The position numbers and the translations under genes are program-made. Below the pieces are notes generated by a model. The model made no database searches. It was not told the DNA's origin and was given only the letters and a program-made list of their open reading frames with translations. 64,000 nucleotides of DNA, taken from positions 28,883 to 92,882 of the forward strand of contig JBAZWU010000011.1 of assembly GCA_041660185.1 (NCBI GenBank), written 5' to 3'. The DNA comes from Elusimicrobiota bacterium (lineage in GTDB: Bacteria > Elusimicrobiota > Elusimicrobia > 2-01-FULL-59-12). Of the stretch, positions 46,001 through 55,887 are shown in pieces; position 1 is the stretch's first letter, and every line of letters begins with the position of its first letter.

Positions 46001-47899
46001 TTACTCCGGCTTTGGCTTCGGCGCCGGTGGTTCTTCTTCGTAATGCTTGTAGGCGCCGTAGTAGCCGCCGTAGTCCGCCACGTCGGTTTGGACGATATCG
46101 TTGACCACGACCCCTATGATCTTCGCGTTCGAAGAGATCAGCTGGTTATGCGCCCGGCGCAAGACTTCGCGGCCGGTATGGCCGAAACGGTACACGAGTA
46201 CCACGCCGTCAGCCAGCGGCCCCATAATGGAGGAATCCGCGAACAGGAGTGCGGGCGCGCCGTCCATGATGATCAGTGGAAACCGCTGGCGCATGGCCTG
46301 CATCAACTGTTTCAGGCGGTCCGAACTGAAAAGGGAAATCGGATTGGTCGGCAGTTTGCCGGACGTCAACACATGCAGATTCGTGATCCCCGAAAGATTG
46401 ATGGCCTCCCCGAGATGGGCCGTTCCCCTGGCAATCTGCTCCCAGCGGGCGATGGAGGTCTCCCAGTGCGGAGACGAATAAAAATAATTTGTCAGCCCCG
46501 GCTCCGCCGGCAAACCAAAAAGCTTGGATACCATGGGCTTGCGCAGGTCCGCTTCCACCAGAAGCGTCGGCAGGCCGGCCTGGGCCGCTGCAATGGCGAA
46601 ATTGGCGGCGGTGATGCTTTTCCCCTCCCCGTTGATGGCGCTGGTGAACAGATAAATCTGGCTGTGGCCGCTTTGAACATCCTTCATCAGGTTGTTGCGG
46701 AGCAGATGATGAACCTCTGCGTTGGAAGACTGTGGCGGGAAATGAAGGATCAGGCGCGAACGCATTTCGCCCAACGGATCCGGCTTCCGCAAAACAGGTC
46801 CGGCCGGCTTGTTCGACGAGGTCTGCCGCCGCTCAATATGGGAAATGGCCGCCAGCACCGGCAATTGAAGAAACTGCTCGATCTCCTCGGGAGTTACCAT
46901 CGACGTATCAAAGTGCTGGTGGACCAGCACAACGATCAAGGAGATCAACAACCCGATCAGCAACCCCGCGACTAAATTGAATTTCTTGTTCGGTGATTCG
47001 GGGAGGGTCGGCTCAACCGCTTCATAGACGATGGAAATCGGAGCGATCCGTGCGGACTCAATAATATTGGCGTCTTCCAAACGCTTGGCCAGCATCGTAA
47101 AAAGCTCTTCATTCAAACGCACCTCGCGGGTGATCCGTCCGATATCAATTTCCTGATTGGGCAGCTCCTGCACCTGTTTTTCAAGAGTCCGTATTTCAGC
47201 GTTCAGCTGTTTAACCGTCGGGTGAGACCCGGTGTATTTTTGGAGCAGTTCGGTCCGCCGGCCGCGCAGCTCCATCAGCTTCCCGATCAAATAACTCCCG
47301 GCGGATTGAGGGTCAATCCGCTCCCGCAACCGGCGCAGCCGGTCCTCGGAATCACGGAGTTTTTTGGCCACTTCCTTCAGCTGGGATTCCACAAACTGCT
47401 TGGTCCGGTGCTGCTTGGCGGTGAGGTCCTGGCCGACCACCTTCACCGCGGCATGCGCCAGCGCATTGGCCTCCGTCATCGCTTTGACCGGCACGGGCGA
47501 TACGACCGAAAGAGAAACCATCTGGCGTTCGCGATCCTCATACTGGGCGCGGACTCGTCTTTCAAACGTCACGGTCAATTCATCGAGTTGGGTCCGGCCC
47601 AGGCGAACCCCTGGATTCAGACGGGCCAGAGCGTCCTCAAACACCTGCGGCGAAATTAATTGCTCCACATTGAAGGTTGGCTGAGAGGTCACCAGATTGA
47701 TGGCTCCCTCCATCGTGCGGCTGTTGTCCTCCGACATCTGGACATGCAGGTAGGCATCCGCCCGGTAGAGCGGCGTCACCGAAAAGGTGTAGATGGCCAC
47801 CGCGCTGAAAATGACGGCCCAGCAGACAAAAAACTCCTTCCGCCGCCGGCGGACTAAGTGGAGAAAATCCCGGATCGTCAGTTCTTCTTGAAGTTCCAA
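46001..47899 (-). CDS. polysaccharide co-polymerase / tyrosine autokinase (Wzc/GumC-like: Wzz domain + BY-kinase ATPase)
   Basis: An N-terminal TM plus periplasmic coiled-coil region is followed by a second TM. Then comes 'IYLFTSAINGEGKSITAANFAIAAAQAGLPTLLVEADLRKP' (Walker A) and a C-terminal Tyr-rich tail 'YGGYYGAYKHY'. Confidence 0.8.
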   Translation of the reverse strand: MELQEELTIRDFLHLVRRRRKEFFVCWAVIFSAVAIYTFSVTPLYRADAYLHVQMSEDNSRTMEGAINLVTSQPTFNVEQLISPQVFEDALARLNPGVRLGRTQLDELTVTFERRVRAQYEDRERQMVSLSVVSPVPVKAMTEANALAHAAVKVVGQDLTAKQHRTKQFVESQLKEVAKKLRDSEDRLRRLRERIDPQSAGSYLIGKLMELRGRRTELLQKYTGSHPTVKQLNAEIRTLEKQVQELPNQEIDIGRITREVRLNEELFTMLAKRLEDANIIESARIAPISIVYEAVEPTLPESPNKKFNLVAGLLIGLLISLIVVLVHQHFDTSMVTPEEIEQFLQLPVLAAISHIERRQTSSNKPAGPVLRKPDPLGEMRSRLILHFPPQSSNAEVHHLLRNNLMKDVQSGHSQIYLFTSAINGEGKSITAANFAIAAAQAGLPTLLVEADLRKPMVSKLFGLPAEPGLTNYFYSSPHWETSIARWEQIARGTAHLGEAINLSGITNLHVLTSGKLPTNPISLFSSDRLKQLMQAMRQRFPLIIMDGAPALLFADSSIMGPLADGVVLVYRFGHTGREVLRRAHNQLISSNAKIIGVVVNDIVQTDVADYGGYYGAYKHYEEEPPAPKPKPE

Positions 47900-47902
47900 G
47901 CC

Positions 47903-49234
47903 CTATTTCCTCGTCGCTAAGATCACGGTGGCCACCGTCATGAGGATCATGGTAATGGGCGACAACGCGTTGGCAAAGGCGCTGGCGGCCCAGATGGAGC
48001 GCTGCGGCACGTAGACGACGTCTCCCGGTTGAAGCTTGATATTGCCGTCCGAACGGTTTCGCAGCACGCTATTAAAACGGACAACCGTCATGGTCTGATG
48101 GGGAGGCTCTCCCCGGATAATGGTGATGCGCCGCAGATTGGCGCTATCCTGGAAACCATGGCACAGCGAAACCAGGTCCAGCATGCGCATGTCGTGGATA
48201 TAGTCATAGGAACCGGGTCTCATGACTTGCCCGAAGATCGTAATCCCCGTAGTGCCCCGCGGCACTTCGATGATATCGCCGGCTTCCAGAAGGACATCTT
48301 TACTCGTATCGCCGCTCACCAGAGCTTCTTCAGCGTTCACCAGAATCAGCCGCCGCTCAGCCCCGCTGCGCCGCAGGAGACGGATCTGCCGTTTATTGGC
48401 GCTGGGAAGAAAACCGCCGGCCAGCGCGATCAAGTCGAGCAGCCTCATATTCGGTCGTAACGCGTAGGAGTTCGGCGAACCGACCTGGCCTGAAACACCC
48501 ACCTGCTTATTGCTGGATTGTTTAAGAAAGATGTCCACCTTCGGCGAACTGACATAGCGGGACAACTCCTGCGTGATCTTCCGGCTTAACTCATCCGTGG
48601 ACAGGCCGGCCGCCGGGATCGCGCCGATCAGAGGGATGGAGATTTTGCCGTTTTGGTCCACGACCAGATCACGCGACAGCTCTTCGGCCGGACTGACCGC
48701 AAAATACAGGCTGTCTCCGGACTGCACGAGCTGATCGGACTTGATCAGAGCGGCCGGATCCGGCTTGGCTTGAGAAGGCCGACTGTCTCGCGGAACCAGA
48801 TTGCCTTTTTTCTCCACTTCCACCGTTATCTCACGGCCGCTGCGAACCTGCGAAGGCCAGTCCGCGGCCAGGTCGATCACCACCTGCGAAATCGGCGAGG
48901 GTTTGTCCGTCACAAGACTGGCCTGAAGGGAGGCGACCGCGCCTTTGCCCGGCTGCATGCCGGCGAGCTTTTCCGACAACGCGGTGTCGTAGATGACCAG
49001 AAAAACTTTTGGGAGATTCCGGCCTTTCGGGTCTTTCATGGTGACCGGCTGGCAGGAACCCAGACGGTCGCCGCGGATATGAACCACGGTGCTTCGTTCG
49101 CTGTCGGTAATCTCGATCTGGTCAATCATCCCGGCGCGGGAGCGTGCCTGCAGCTCCGGAACCGGCAACAGATCGCACAACAACAAAACGGTCATTGTAA
49201 CCGTGATTGATTTTTTGGCGGTAATCCAATTCAT
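47903..49234 (-). CDS. polysaccharide export protein (Wza/KpsD-like; Poly_export + SLBB domains)
   Basis: Signal peptide. Repeated 'V.V.G.V..PG...L..G.RLLDLIALAGGF' SLBB-type units are present. Confidence 0.75.
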   Translation of the reverse strand: MNWITAKKSITVTMTVLLLCDLLPVPELQARSRAGMIDQIEITDSERSTVVHIRGDRLGSCQPVTMKDPKGRNLPKVFLVIYDTALSEKLAGMQPGKGAVASLQASLVTDKPSPISQVVIDLAADWPSQVRSGREITVEVEKKGNLVPRDSRPSQAKPDPAALIKSDQLVQSGDSLYFAVSPAEELSRDLVVDQNGKISIPLIGAIPAAGLSTDELSRKITQELSRYVSSPKVDIFLKQSSNKQVGVSGQVGSPNSYALRPNMRLLDLIALAGGFLPSANKRQIRLLRRSGAERRLILVNAEEALVSGDTSKDVLLEAGDIIEVPRGTTGITIFGQVMRPGSYDYIHDMRMLDLVSLCHGFQDSANLRRITIIRGEPPHQTMTVVRFNSVLRNRSDGNIKLQPGDVVYVPQRSIWAASAFANALSPITMILMTVATVILATRK

Positions 49235-49347
49235 TTTGACTGGTTCTCCCCTCTTAACGGCCTAGGGGAAGTCTAAGGGGTGCTTTGGGTTTTCGCAAGG
49301 TAAATTTTTCGCAGGAAACCACTAAATCCGCGGGGATTTGAAGTATA

Positions 49348-49436
49348 CCCTCACCCCTACCCTCCCCCTCCGCAGGGGGAGGGAGCACAACCTATCTTCC
49401 CCCTCTCCCTCAGGAGGGAGAGGGCTGGGGTGAGGG
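49348..49436. repeat. P/G/E-coding palindromic 'GEG' repeat, copy B (intergenic, upstream of wza-like gene)
   Basis: 'ccctcacccctaccctccccctccgcagggggagggag...ccccctctccctcaggagggagagggctggggtgaggg'. Confidence 0.8.
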
Positions 49437-49452
49437 CAGAGTTGAGTTATTC

Positions 49453-49926
49453 TTACGGTTTTTGACTATTAGCAGGCGCGCCAAGGACCTTCATCGGGAT
49501 GACTTTCCCCTTGGGGGGCGATTCATCCGGCTGGCTTTTAGTAATAGGAAGGGGGCCATCATCAAAATATCCATCAAACCGGAAGGTGAAACAGGCCAGC
49601 GTCCCGAGCGCCACACCAAGCCCATCGGCCATCAGATCATTGACACTGGGATTGGAATCCACCAAGAACTCTTTGGCGACTCCGACTCCTAATACGCCGG
49701 TGGCGGCGACCCAGGTCGCCGGTAGTCGAGGGACATTCATCAGTCGCAGGGTTTGCGTCCCGATAAACGTCCCCCCTGCGCCCAGCCAAAAATGTTCCTG
49801 GGAATCCGTCCGGGTGAAAACAAATTTTTTCTCCACATACTCAACAGCCCCGGCATTCGTTCCCCAGAATAAGCACACCGCCAGAAAGCAGGACGGCGCG
49901 CCGCGCCGAACGTTCATCAGCGCCAC
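49453..49926 (-). CDS. hypothetical secreted protein
   Basis: 157 aa with a signal peptide. It is Gly/aromatic-rich. No family recognised. Confidence 0.35.
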   Translation of the reverse strand: MALMNVRRGAPSCFLAVCLFWGTNAGAVEYVEKKFVFTRTDSQEHFWLGAGGTFIGTQTLRLMNVPRLPATWVAATGVLGVGVAKEFLVDSNPSVNDLMADGLGVALGTLACFTFRFDGYFDDGPLPITKSQPDESPPKGKVIPMKVLGAPANSQKP

Positions 49927-52166
49927 TCACTCCGAAGAGCGCTCTGGCCGAAATAGTATTCGCAGCGCGGTTTCCAGTCTTCATTGACCGGAGCACCGGC
50001 GCCCATCGACCGGACAACCGCCCGATCCCCGATATACTCGCGAGCCGCCAGAATCCGCTTCTGGTCTTCCCGGCTGAAGGACGACAGGATGGCTTTTTCC
50101 CGCGCCTCGTTTTTGACCATGGGTTGAAGCGAAGCCAGGCAGAAATGGCTGTACGCCCGCATATAAGGGAATACCGAGGCCAGCGTGTAGGGGATCACAC
50201 GGTGTTCGCTGGACCAGACCATCAGAACTCCCTGAGGGGTGAGACGCCGGCTGGCCAGTTCAAAGAATTGGCGGGAGTAGAGGTTGTTGCTGTACACCGT
50301 GCTGTGGTAGATCGGATCCATTTGAATCGCGTCATATTTTTCCGTCTGGCGGATGAGAAAACGCCGGCCGTCGTCCATGACCAGGCGAAGACGATGATCC
50401 GCCAGCGACGACTGGATCAACGGGATCTTGCGGAGATTCGTCATCAAGGTGTGATTGAGCTCGACCACCACCAGTTCTTCGATTTCCCGCGATCGCAGGA
50501 TGATGTCGCACAATTCTCCGGTACCGTACCCGATCAGGAGAATTTTCCGGGGGTTTGGCGTATAGAGCAGGGTTTCAACCGCTTCCTGCATGAAGTCATA
50601 ATTGGGCCGGCCGCCGTGAACCAAACCGTTGATGTAATTGATCAGCCGTTCCCCTTTCGAATAGGTCACCACGACCCCTTCCCGTCCCTCTTCAATGAAG
50701 CAGGTGCCGTAATCGAAGTTGGGGTGAATCGCCCCGTAGAGCGCTTGCCGTCGCGGGAATAGCCCGGCAGCGACCAGGCCGACCATCACCACGGTCAGCA
50801 CCGCTTTCCCATACGGAAGAGCGATCTGGAACCGCCGGTAAAACGGGAAAATAAACACCAGCCCTCCGGCGATGAAAAGCAGGAGGGTATTTTCCGTTCC
50901 CCAGCGCGGCAGAAAATAAAATCCGGTGACAAGCCCCCCCAGCACATTGCCCAGAATGGTCCAGGCGTATACCCCGCCGACCGTTGAAGCCTCCCGGTTG
51001 GGGTCTCTCAGGCTCAACGCCGACACGAGCGGGAAACTGGCGCCCATCAGGACGGTGGGCAGGAAAATAAATAAGAACGGCCACGTCACGATATCCACCG
51101 TCAAATAGAGATCCCGGGCATACTGCATCCAACTCACAAAATGCGGCCAGTGCGCCGGCGGATGCATCATGTACCCGAACGAAATGGCATGCAGCCATTT
51201 AAACGGCCGGATCCCGCTTAAATGGAAAAATCCCGCAAAGGAAACCAGCATGTAACAGGCGATCGCGAGCTGGATACCGAAGAAAAACCGTTCCCGCTGG
51301 GCCGCTTGCGGATGGCGGGCCAGCATCCCGGACATCCAGAAACTGCCCACCGCCAGTCCCACGAGATACACCGCCAGCACCGTGGCAAACGCGTAGGGCG
51401 ATTCTTTGACGATCACCCCCAGCACCCGGTACCAGATAATCTCATACCCGATGGCAGCAAAACCGGTAAAGAAAACCCACAACCGCACCCACCGCATCGG
51501 GAAGGACGAAGACTCTGCGGCGACCGGTTGAGGCGGACGATCCGTCCGGGACCAGCGCCAGCGGCAGACGAGGATCAGAATCGCCATCACTCCGTTGACG
51601 GCGGCCGCGACAGTCAGCGCCGTATCGAGCCCGCCGAAAGTGATCAACCCATAAGCGGCGGTCAGCGACCCGATGGCCGCACCGATCGTATTGATGAAGT
51701 ACAGATGGCTGATGGTTTGGCCAAAATCCGGCAGGAGTGAACCGTATATTTTGGTGAGCATCGGCAAGGTCATCCCCATGAGCGTCGTCGGGATGAGCAA
51801 GAAGAGACTGACGCAGAGAAACGTGACCGGCAGCGAGCAGCCCGCGCTCACGCGTCCGAGCGCGTCCAAAATCTGAAAACTGGCCAGACCAAAGACGCCG
51901 ATCAGAAGTTCAATCCCGGCATACAAAAACATCCGGTCGCGTTTTTTTTCCGCCAGCCGCCCGCCGATCAACGCCCCGAGGCCCAGCCCTCCCATGAAAA
52001 CGGAAATGATCAGGGTAATGGAGACCGAGCCGACGCCGTAATACAGCGTCAGCAGTCTCTGCCAAACCACTTGATAGATGAGAGCGGTAAATCCGGAGAG
52101 GAAAAAAACAGACGTCAACAGTCTGCTCACGGATATCGGCGGCCGCTGAAGGGGTGCGTTGTCCAT
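49917..52166 (-). CDS. fused membrane (MFS-like multi-TM) / spermidine synthase-family (PABS) protein
   Basis: The N-region is polytopic (~12 TM, 'FFLSGFTALIYQVVWQRLL'). The C-region 'ILLIGYGTGELCDIIL...VVVELNHTLM...RLVMDDGRRFL...YDAIQMDP' matches the spermidine synthase/aminopropyltransferase fold. Confidence 0.7.
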   Translation of the reverse strand: MDNAPLQRPPISVSRLLTSVFFLSGFTALIYQVVWQRLLTLYYGVGSVSITLIISVFMGGLGLGALIGGRLAEKKRDRMFLYAGIELLIGVFGLASFQILDALGRVSAGCSLPVTFLCVSLFLLIPTTLMGMTLPMLTKIYGSLLPDFGQTISHLYFINTIGAAIGSLTAAYGLITFGGLDTALTVAAAVNGVMAILILVCRWRWSRTDRPPQPVAAESSSFPMRWVRLWVFFTGFAAIGYEIIWYRVLGVIVKESPYAFATVLAVYLVGLAVGSFWMSGMLARHPQAAQRERFFFGIQLAIACYMLVSFAGFFHLSGIRPFKWLHAISFGYMMHPPAHWPHFVSWMQYARDLYLTVDIVTWPFLFIFLPTVLMGASFPLVSALSLRDPNREASTVGGVYAWTILGNVLGGLVTGFYFLPRWGTENTLLLFIAGGLVFIFPFYRRFQIALPYGKAVLTVVMVGLVAAGLFPRRQALYGAIHPNFDYGTCFIEEGREGVVVTYSKGERLINYINGLVHGGRPNYDFMQEAVETLLYTPNPRKILLIGYGTGELCDIILRSREIEELVVVELNHTLMTNLRKIPLIQSSLADHRLRLVMDDGRRFLIRQTEKYDAIQMDPIYHSTVYSNNLYSRQFFELASRRLTPQGVLMVWSSEHRVIPYTLASVFPYMRAYSHFCLASLQPMVKNEAREKAILSSFSREDQKRILAAREYIGDRAVVRSMGAGAPVNEDWKPRCEYYFGQSALRSEWR

Positions 52167-52209
52167 AAATGAGACTTGGGTAGTTTAGCACAACATAAAA
52201 AACTTTGCT

Positions 52210-53367
52210 TTGATGTCTTTGGCTATGAAATCCCCTCACAAACCGGCGTTCGAGCTTCAACTCCTATGCAAACTCCTGGCTTTGCGGCCAAGCCAGGAGG
52301 AATGTCTTTCAGACCTCCGCGCACCAGGTTTTTGCTGGGATCTATTCCTTCAGTTGGCGGAGTACCACGGGGTGATCGGATTTCTCTACGAGGCCCTGAC
52401 CGAAACCGGCCTGGCCCGGGAAGTTCCACCCAAGCTCCTGGAAGCGCTGCGGCATTCCACTCTGGTTCTCCTGGAAGAGCACCTGCAGCACAGGAGCGCG
52501 ATCCGGAAAACGCTGGAAACCCTGAACGCGGCCGGGTTGGAATTTATCGTTATTAAAGGGTGGTCACACGCCGAATCACTTCATGGGAACCCCTGCGCCC
52601 GTCCCATCACGGACCTGGACCTTCTCGTACACGACACGAAGGCGGCTCAAGCCCTGCTGAAACAACAGAGACTGCCGGACCCATCGATCGTAGACTGGCA
52701 TATCTATCCCACAAACACGTCGGATCTGCCGTCCCGCATGCGGTGCCTGCAGCTCGACATCCAGACGCTCTGGGCGGATTCGCGCCTCGCCACGATCACA
52801 GACACGCCGGCGCGCGTTCTTTCTCCGGCTGACCAGGTCATCGCCCTGGTGATCGACTTCACGATTTCGCATGGGTTCGGGAGGCTACTCCTTTTAAAGG
52901 AGATCCTGCTTCTGGCTGAAAAAGTCGGATGGGATGCGCTGGTGAAGAGGGCTCAACTATTCCAGGCTGACATTTTGCTGTACTTGACCCTCCGCATGGG
53001 AGAGGAACTTCTGCGATTCCCGGTTCCCCTCGATATTTTAAAAATCTTAGGGACTCGCTTAAGGCAAGAAGAACACTGGCTGGAAAAACGGCTGATTCAA
53101 AATCCGCTTTTTACCCCGGCCCGGTATTTCTGTATTCCGATTCTCCTGCCTTCCTGGGCCGATCGCCTGAGTTTTGCCAAAGAACTGCTCTGGCCTCCCC
53201 CCTATTGGTTCGAGCTCCGCAGCGAAAAACCGTCTCTCTGGCGCCACCTCATCCATGACGCGACGCTTATCGGCAAGGCATGCGCCATTTTATGGAACGT
53301 CAGGGGACGTAGTTGCAACTTTGCAAAAGGTGCCGGAAAAAATCCTTTTTTCCCCAAGACCGGGTAA
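52210..53367 (+). CDS. uncharacterised nucleotidyltransferase family protein (PF14907/NTP_transf_5-like), RiPP-cluster accessory type
   Basis: 'LNAAGLEFIVIKGWSHAESLHGNPCARPITDLDLLVHDTKAAQALLKQQ' matches the IKG...R..DIDLLV...D signature of this family. Confidence 0.65.
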   Translation: MMSLAMKSPHKPAFELQLLCKLLALRPSQEECLSDLRAPGFCWDLFLQLAEYHGVIGFLYEALTETGLAREVPPKLLEALRHSTLVLLEEHLQHRSAIRKTLETLNAAGLEFIVIKGWSHAESLHGNPCARPITDLDLLVHDTKAAQALLKQQRLPDPSIVDWHIYPTNTSDLPSRMRCLQLDIQTLWADSRLATITDTPARVLSPADQVIALVIDFTISHGFGRLLLLKEILLLAEKVGWDALVKRAQLFQADILLYLTLRMGEELLRFPVPLDILKILGTRLRQEEHWLEKRLIQNPLFTPARYFCIPILLPSWADRLSFAKELLWPPPYWFELRSEKPSLWRHLIHDATLIGKACAILWNVRGRSCNFAKGAGKNPFFPKTG

Positions 53368-53423
53368 AACAAGAAATATAGGCCATTTCCTGTCTCGTTG
53401 TGCAAAGTTGCAACTACGTCCCC
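53303..53423. repeat. REP pair: forward 23-bp REP (53303-53325) and inverted copy (53401-53423) with 75-bp spacer
   Basis: Exact matches to GGGGACGTAGTTGCAACTTTGCA and its reverse complement. They sit between the nucleotidyltransferase and ABC ATPase genes. Confidence 0.85.
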
Positions 53424-53446
53424 TGACGTTTTATATACTCAAACGT

Positions 53447-54190
53447 GTGACTTGTTCCATCGACGTACGGGGTGTTTCGAAATCGTTTTTCCCGCGGCTC
53501 TCTTTATTAAAACCCTGGCAGCCGAGGCCCCCCGTCCGCGCGCTCAATCACGTGAACCTCCGGGTGGAAACAGGAACGGTTTTCGCCCTGCTGGGCCCGA
53601 ATGGTTCCGGCAAAACGACCCTCCTCAAAATCATCAGCACGCTTCTGATGCCGGATGCCGGGACGCTTCGCGTGCTGGGTCACGTCCTGCCGGGGCAGGA
53701 GGAACGCGTCAAAACGCGAATCAGTTTCGCCATGGGAGACGAGCGAAGTTTCTACTGGCGCCTGACCGCCCGGCAGAACTTGATGTTTTTTGCTGCGCTC
53801 TATGATCTTTCCCCCCGGCAATCCGAACAAAAGATCGCTGAACTGGGTGACGTGTTCAGCCTGAAAGACTACCTTGACCGCCCCTACGAAGAACTCTCAT
53901 CCGGGATCCGGCAGCGCCTGGCGATCGCGCGATCCTTTCTGAACGACGCGGCCCTCCTGCTGGCCGATGAACCCACCCGCAGCCTCGATGCGGCCGCCAG
54001 AAACGCGCTTCACGGACTTCTTCAAAAACTCGTGCGGGAACACGGAAAAACGATTCTCTTCACAACGCATAATTTTGAGGAAGCCCGACGGGTGGCGGAC
54101 ACGGTAGGGATTTTGAATCAGGGCCGGCTTTGTTACTCCGGAAAATGGAAAGACGGCCTGGAGAGTTACCTCAATGCCCCCGCTTCGTAA
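53447..54190 (+). CDS. ABC transporter ATP-binding protein
   Basis: 'LLGPNGSGKTTLLKII' is Walker A, 'LSSGIRQRLAIARSF' the signature, 'LLLADEPTRSLD' Walker B. A GTG start at 53447 is chosen downstream of the REP; the listed ORF starts earlier inside repeat DNA. Confidence 0.85.
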   Translation: MTCSIDVRGVSKSFFPRLSLLKPWQPRPPVRALNHVNLRVETGTVFALLGPNGSGKTTLLKIISTLLMPDAGTLRVLGHVLPGQEERVKTRISFAMGDERSFYWRLTARQNLMFFAALYDLSPRQSEQKIAELGDVFSLKDYLDRPYEELSSGIRQRLAIARSFLNDAALLLADEPTRSLDAAARNALHGLLQKLVREHGKTILFTTHNFEEARRVADTVGILNQGRLCYSGKWKDGLESYLNAPAS

Positions 54191-54989
54191 ACTCTGGGCT
54201 TTTTCCCTCCGGGACTGGCAGCTCGCCCAGACGTATCGCTTTACTTTTTTGTTTGAGGTGGTCCGCACGCTGATCTTGCTGCTCTCGTTTTATTTCATCG
54301 GCAAATTGGTCCGGAGCAGCGGTGTTCACCCATCCCTGGCTGTATACGGAGGCGATTACTTTCGCTTCGTCCTTTTGGGCATCGTGTTCAGCGGCTTCAT
54401 GTCCACCGCTCTGGGCAGCGTGCGGCAGACGATTGAATTTGAACGGGGGCATGGGACATTGGAAGCCATTTTACTGACCCCCACTCCCCTGATCACGCTC
54501 GTGATCAACAAAACCCTGTGGGATCTCGGCATGGTCACAGCCAAGGCCGTCCTGTATCTCCTGGCAGGAGTTTACTTTTTTCGAGTGGATCTCTCGCACG
54601 TTTATTGGACCAGCACGCTGGTGGCCATCGCTTTGACAGTCAGCACCTTTTTTGGTTTAGGGCTGATCTCCGCCGGTATTCATTTACTCATCCGGGAAGA
54701 CAGCCCTTTGGACCTGATTTTGGAAGGAGCCTCGCGCTTCCTGGGAGGCGTTTATTTCCCGGTGGCGGTTCTTCCCGCGCCTCTTCTCGCGCTGTCCCGC
54801 TGGGTGCCGCTCACCTATGCGCTCGACGCGATCCGAAAATCCATGATTCTTGGAGCTTCGCTTCAAACCATCCGGATGGAACTACTGGTGCTGGCAGGGT
54901 GTTCGATCGTTCTGGTTCCGATCGGCGTGATCTGTTTTCAGAGCGCTTTCAAGACCGCCCGACGCAGGGGAATTCTCAGCTTCGAGTAG
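54174..54989 (+). CDS. ABC-2 type transporter permease
   Basis: 271 aa, 6 TM. Overlaps the ATPase stop. The ABC-2 family topology is typical. Confidence 0.75.
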   Translation: MPPLRKLWAFSLRDWQLAQTYRFTFLFEVVRTLILLLSFYFIGKLVRSSGVHPSLAVYGGDYFRFVLLGIVFSGFMSTALGSVRQTIEFERGHGTLEAILLTPTPLITLVINKTLWDLGMVTAKAVLYLLAGVYFFRVDLSHVYWTSTLVAIALTVSTFFGLGLISAGIHLLIREDSPLDLILEGASRFLGGVYFPVAVLPAPLLALSRWVPLTYALDAIRKSMILGASLQTIRMELLVLAGCSIVLVPIGVICFQSAFKTARRRGILSFE

Positions 54990-55745
54990 GGTTTTACAAA
55001 GAAAGGCCATCGGCGCTGAAGGTTCCCCAGCCTGCTGGAAACCCAGGGACCGGTAAAGTCGGAGGGCAGCTTGATTATCCGATTCCACCGTTAAACAAAG
55101 TTCTCTGACCCCTTGTTGGCGTGCCGTCCGTATCAGCTCCCCTAACAACAAAGTCGCGATTCCGCCGCCGCGGACCCAAGCGCGGACAAGCAGGTCTTTG
55201 ATGTTTTCCTTTTGATTCGGCTTGACGACGAGAAAAACATAACCGGCTTTCCAAGAACCGATAAAGGCCTGAAAAACAAAGGCGCCCTCTTCTTCCATCC
55301 GATTAATCCGGACCCGCGAAGCCAAATAAACCCTGAACAACACACGGTATAAATGGAAAGACTGGACCCAGGACAAAACCCGGATTCCCGCCATTTTCAC
55401 TTGTCGCTTCATCCAGGAAGGCCCGTATCGAATGAACAGAAAAAGGAAATACCGTCTCCGAAGATCTTTTTCAAGGAAAATTCGGCTTCCCCGTTTGACC
55501 ATTTCCAAGCGACCGATCAATTGATCTTCGCGGATCCATTCGATCGCTAGCGGAAGCTCATCTCCTGCTACTCCGAAATAATTTGGCCCAGCCGACAATC
55601 GCCTGATGCACCTCAACCGGTGAGCCACCGGGTTATCGTGTTCCGTCTGGCGATAAAGCAGGATGTCTCCAATTTTGAGGGTGGTTGATGATGAGAAGGC
55701 CCGGACAAAAAGCTCATCGCCCGGGCGAAGGAAGGGCTGCATACT
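54882..55745 (-). CDS. fusion: S24/S26-type (signal-peptidase/LexA-like) serine peptidase domain + GNAT N-acetyltransferase domain
   Basis: The N-region 'GGSMQPFLRPGDELFVRA...IGDILLYRQ' matches the GDSMxPTL..GD box of Ser-Lys dyad peptidases. The C-region 'VRGGGIATLLLGELIRTARQQGVRELCLTVESDNQAALRLYRSLGF' is the GNAT acetyl-CoA binding motif. The start is placed at the internal Met; the ORF's first residues are REP-encoded. Confidence 0.55.
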   Translation of the reverse strand, partial: SMQPFLRPGDELFVRAFSSSTTLKIGDILLYRQTEHDNPVAHRLRCIRRLSAGPNYFGVAGDELPLAIEWIREDQLIGRLEMVKRGSRIFLEKDLRRRYFLFLFIRYGPSWMKRQVKMAGIRVLSWVQSFHLYRVLFRVYLASRVRINRMEEEGAFVFQAFIGSWKAGYVFLVVKPNQKENIKDLLVRAWVRGGGIATLLLGELIRTARQQGVRELCLTVESDNQAALRLYRSLGFQQAGEPSAPMAFLCKTLLEAENSPASGGLESALKTDHADRNQNDRTPCQHQ

Positions 55746-55785
55746 GCCACCCTCGGCCCGGCAGAAAAACGAGCCGGGAGCACTA

Positions 55786-55863
55786 GGGGACGTAGTTGCA
55801 ACTTTGCATAAGGTATTCATATGACACAAGATACCTTTGATGCAAAGTTGCAACTACGTCCCC
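55786..55863. repeat. REP pair: forward REP (55786-55808) and inverted copy (55841-55863) around a palindromic 32-bp spacer
   Basis: Exact 23-bp matches. The spacer 'taaggtattcatatgacacaagatacctttga' is itself an inverted repeat. Confidence 0.85.
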
Positions 55864-55887
55864 TGGCGGTCTTTCGCGACATCTCCG

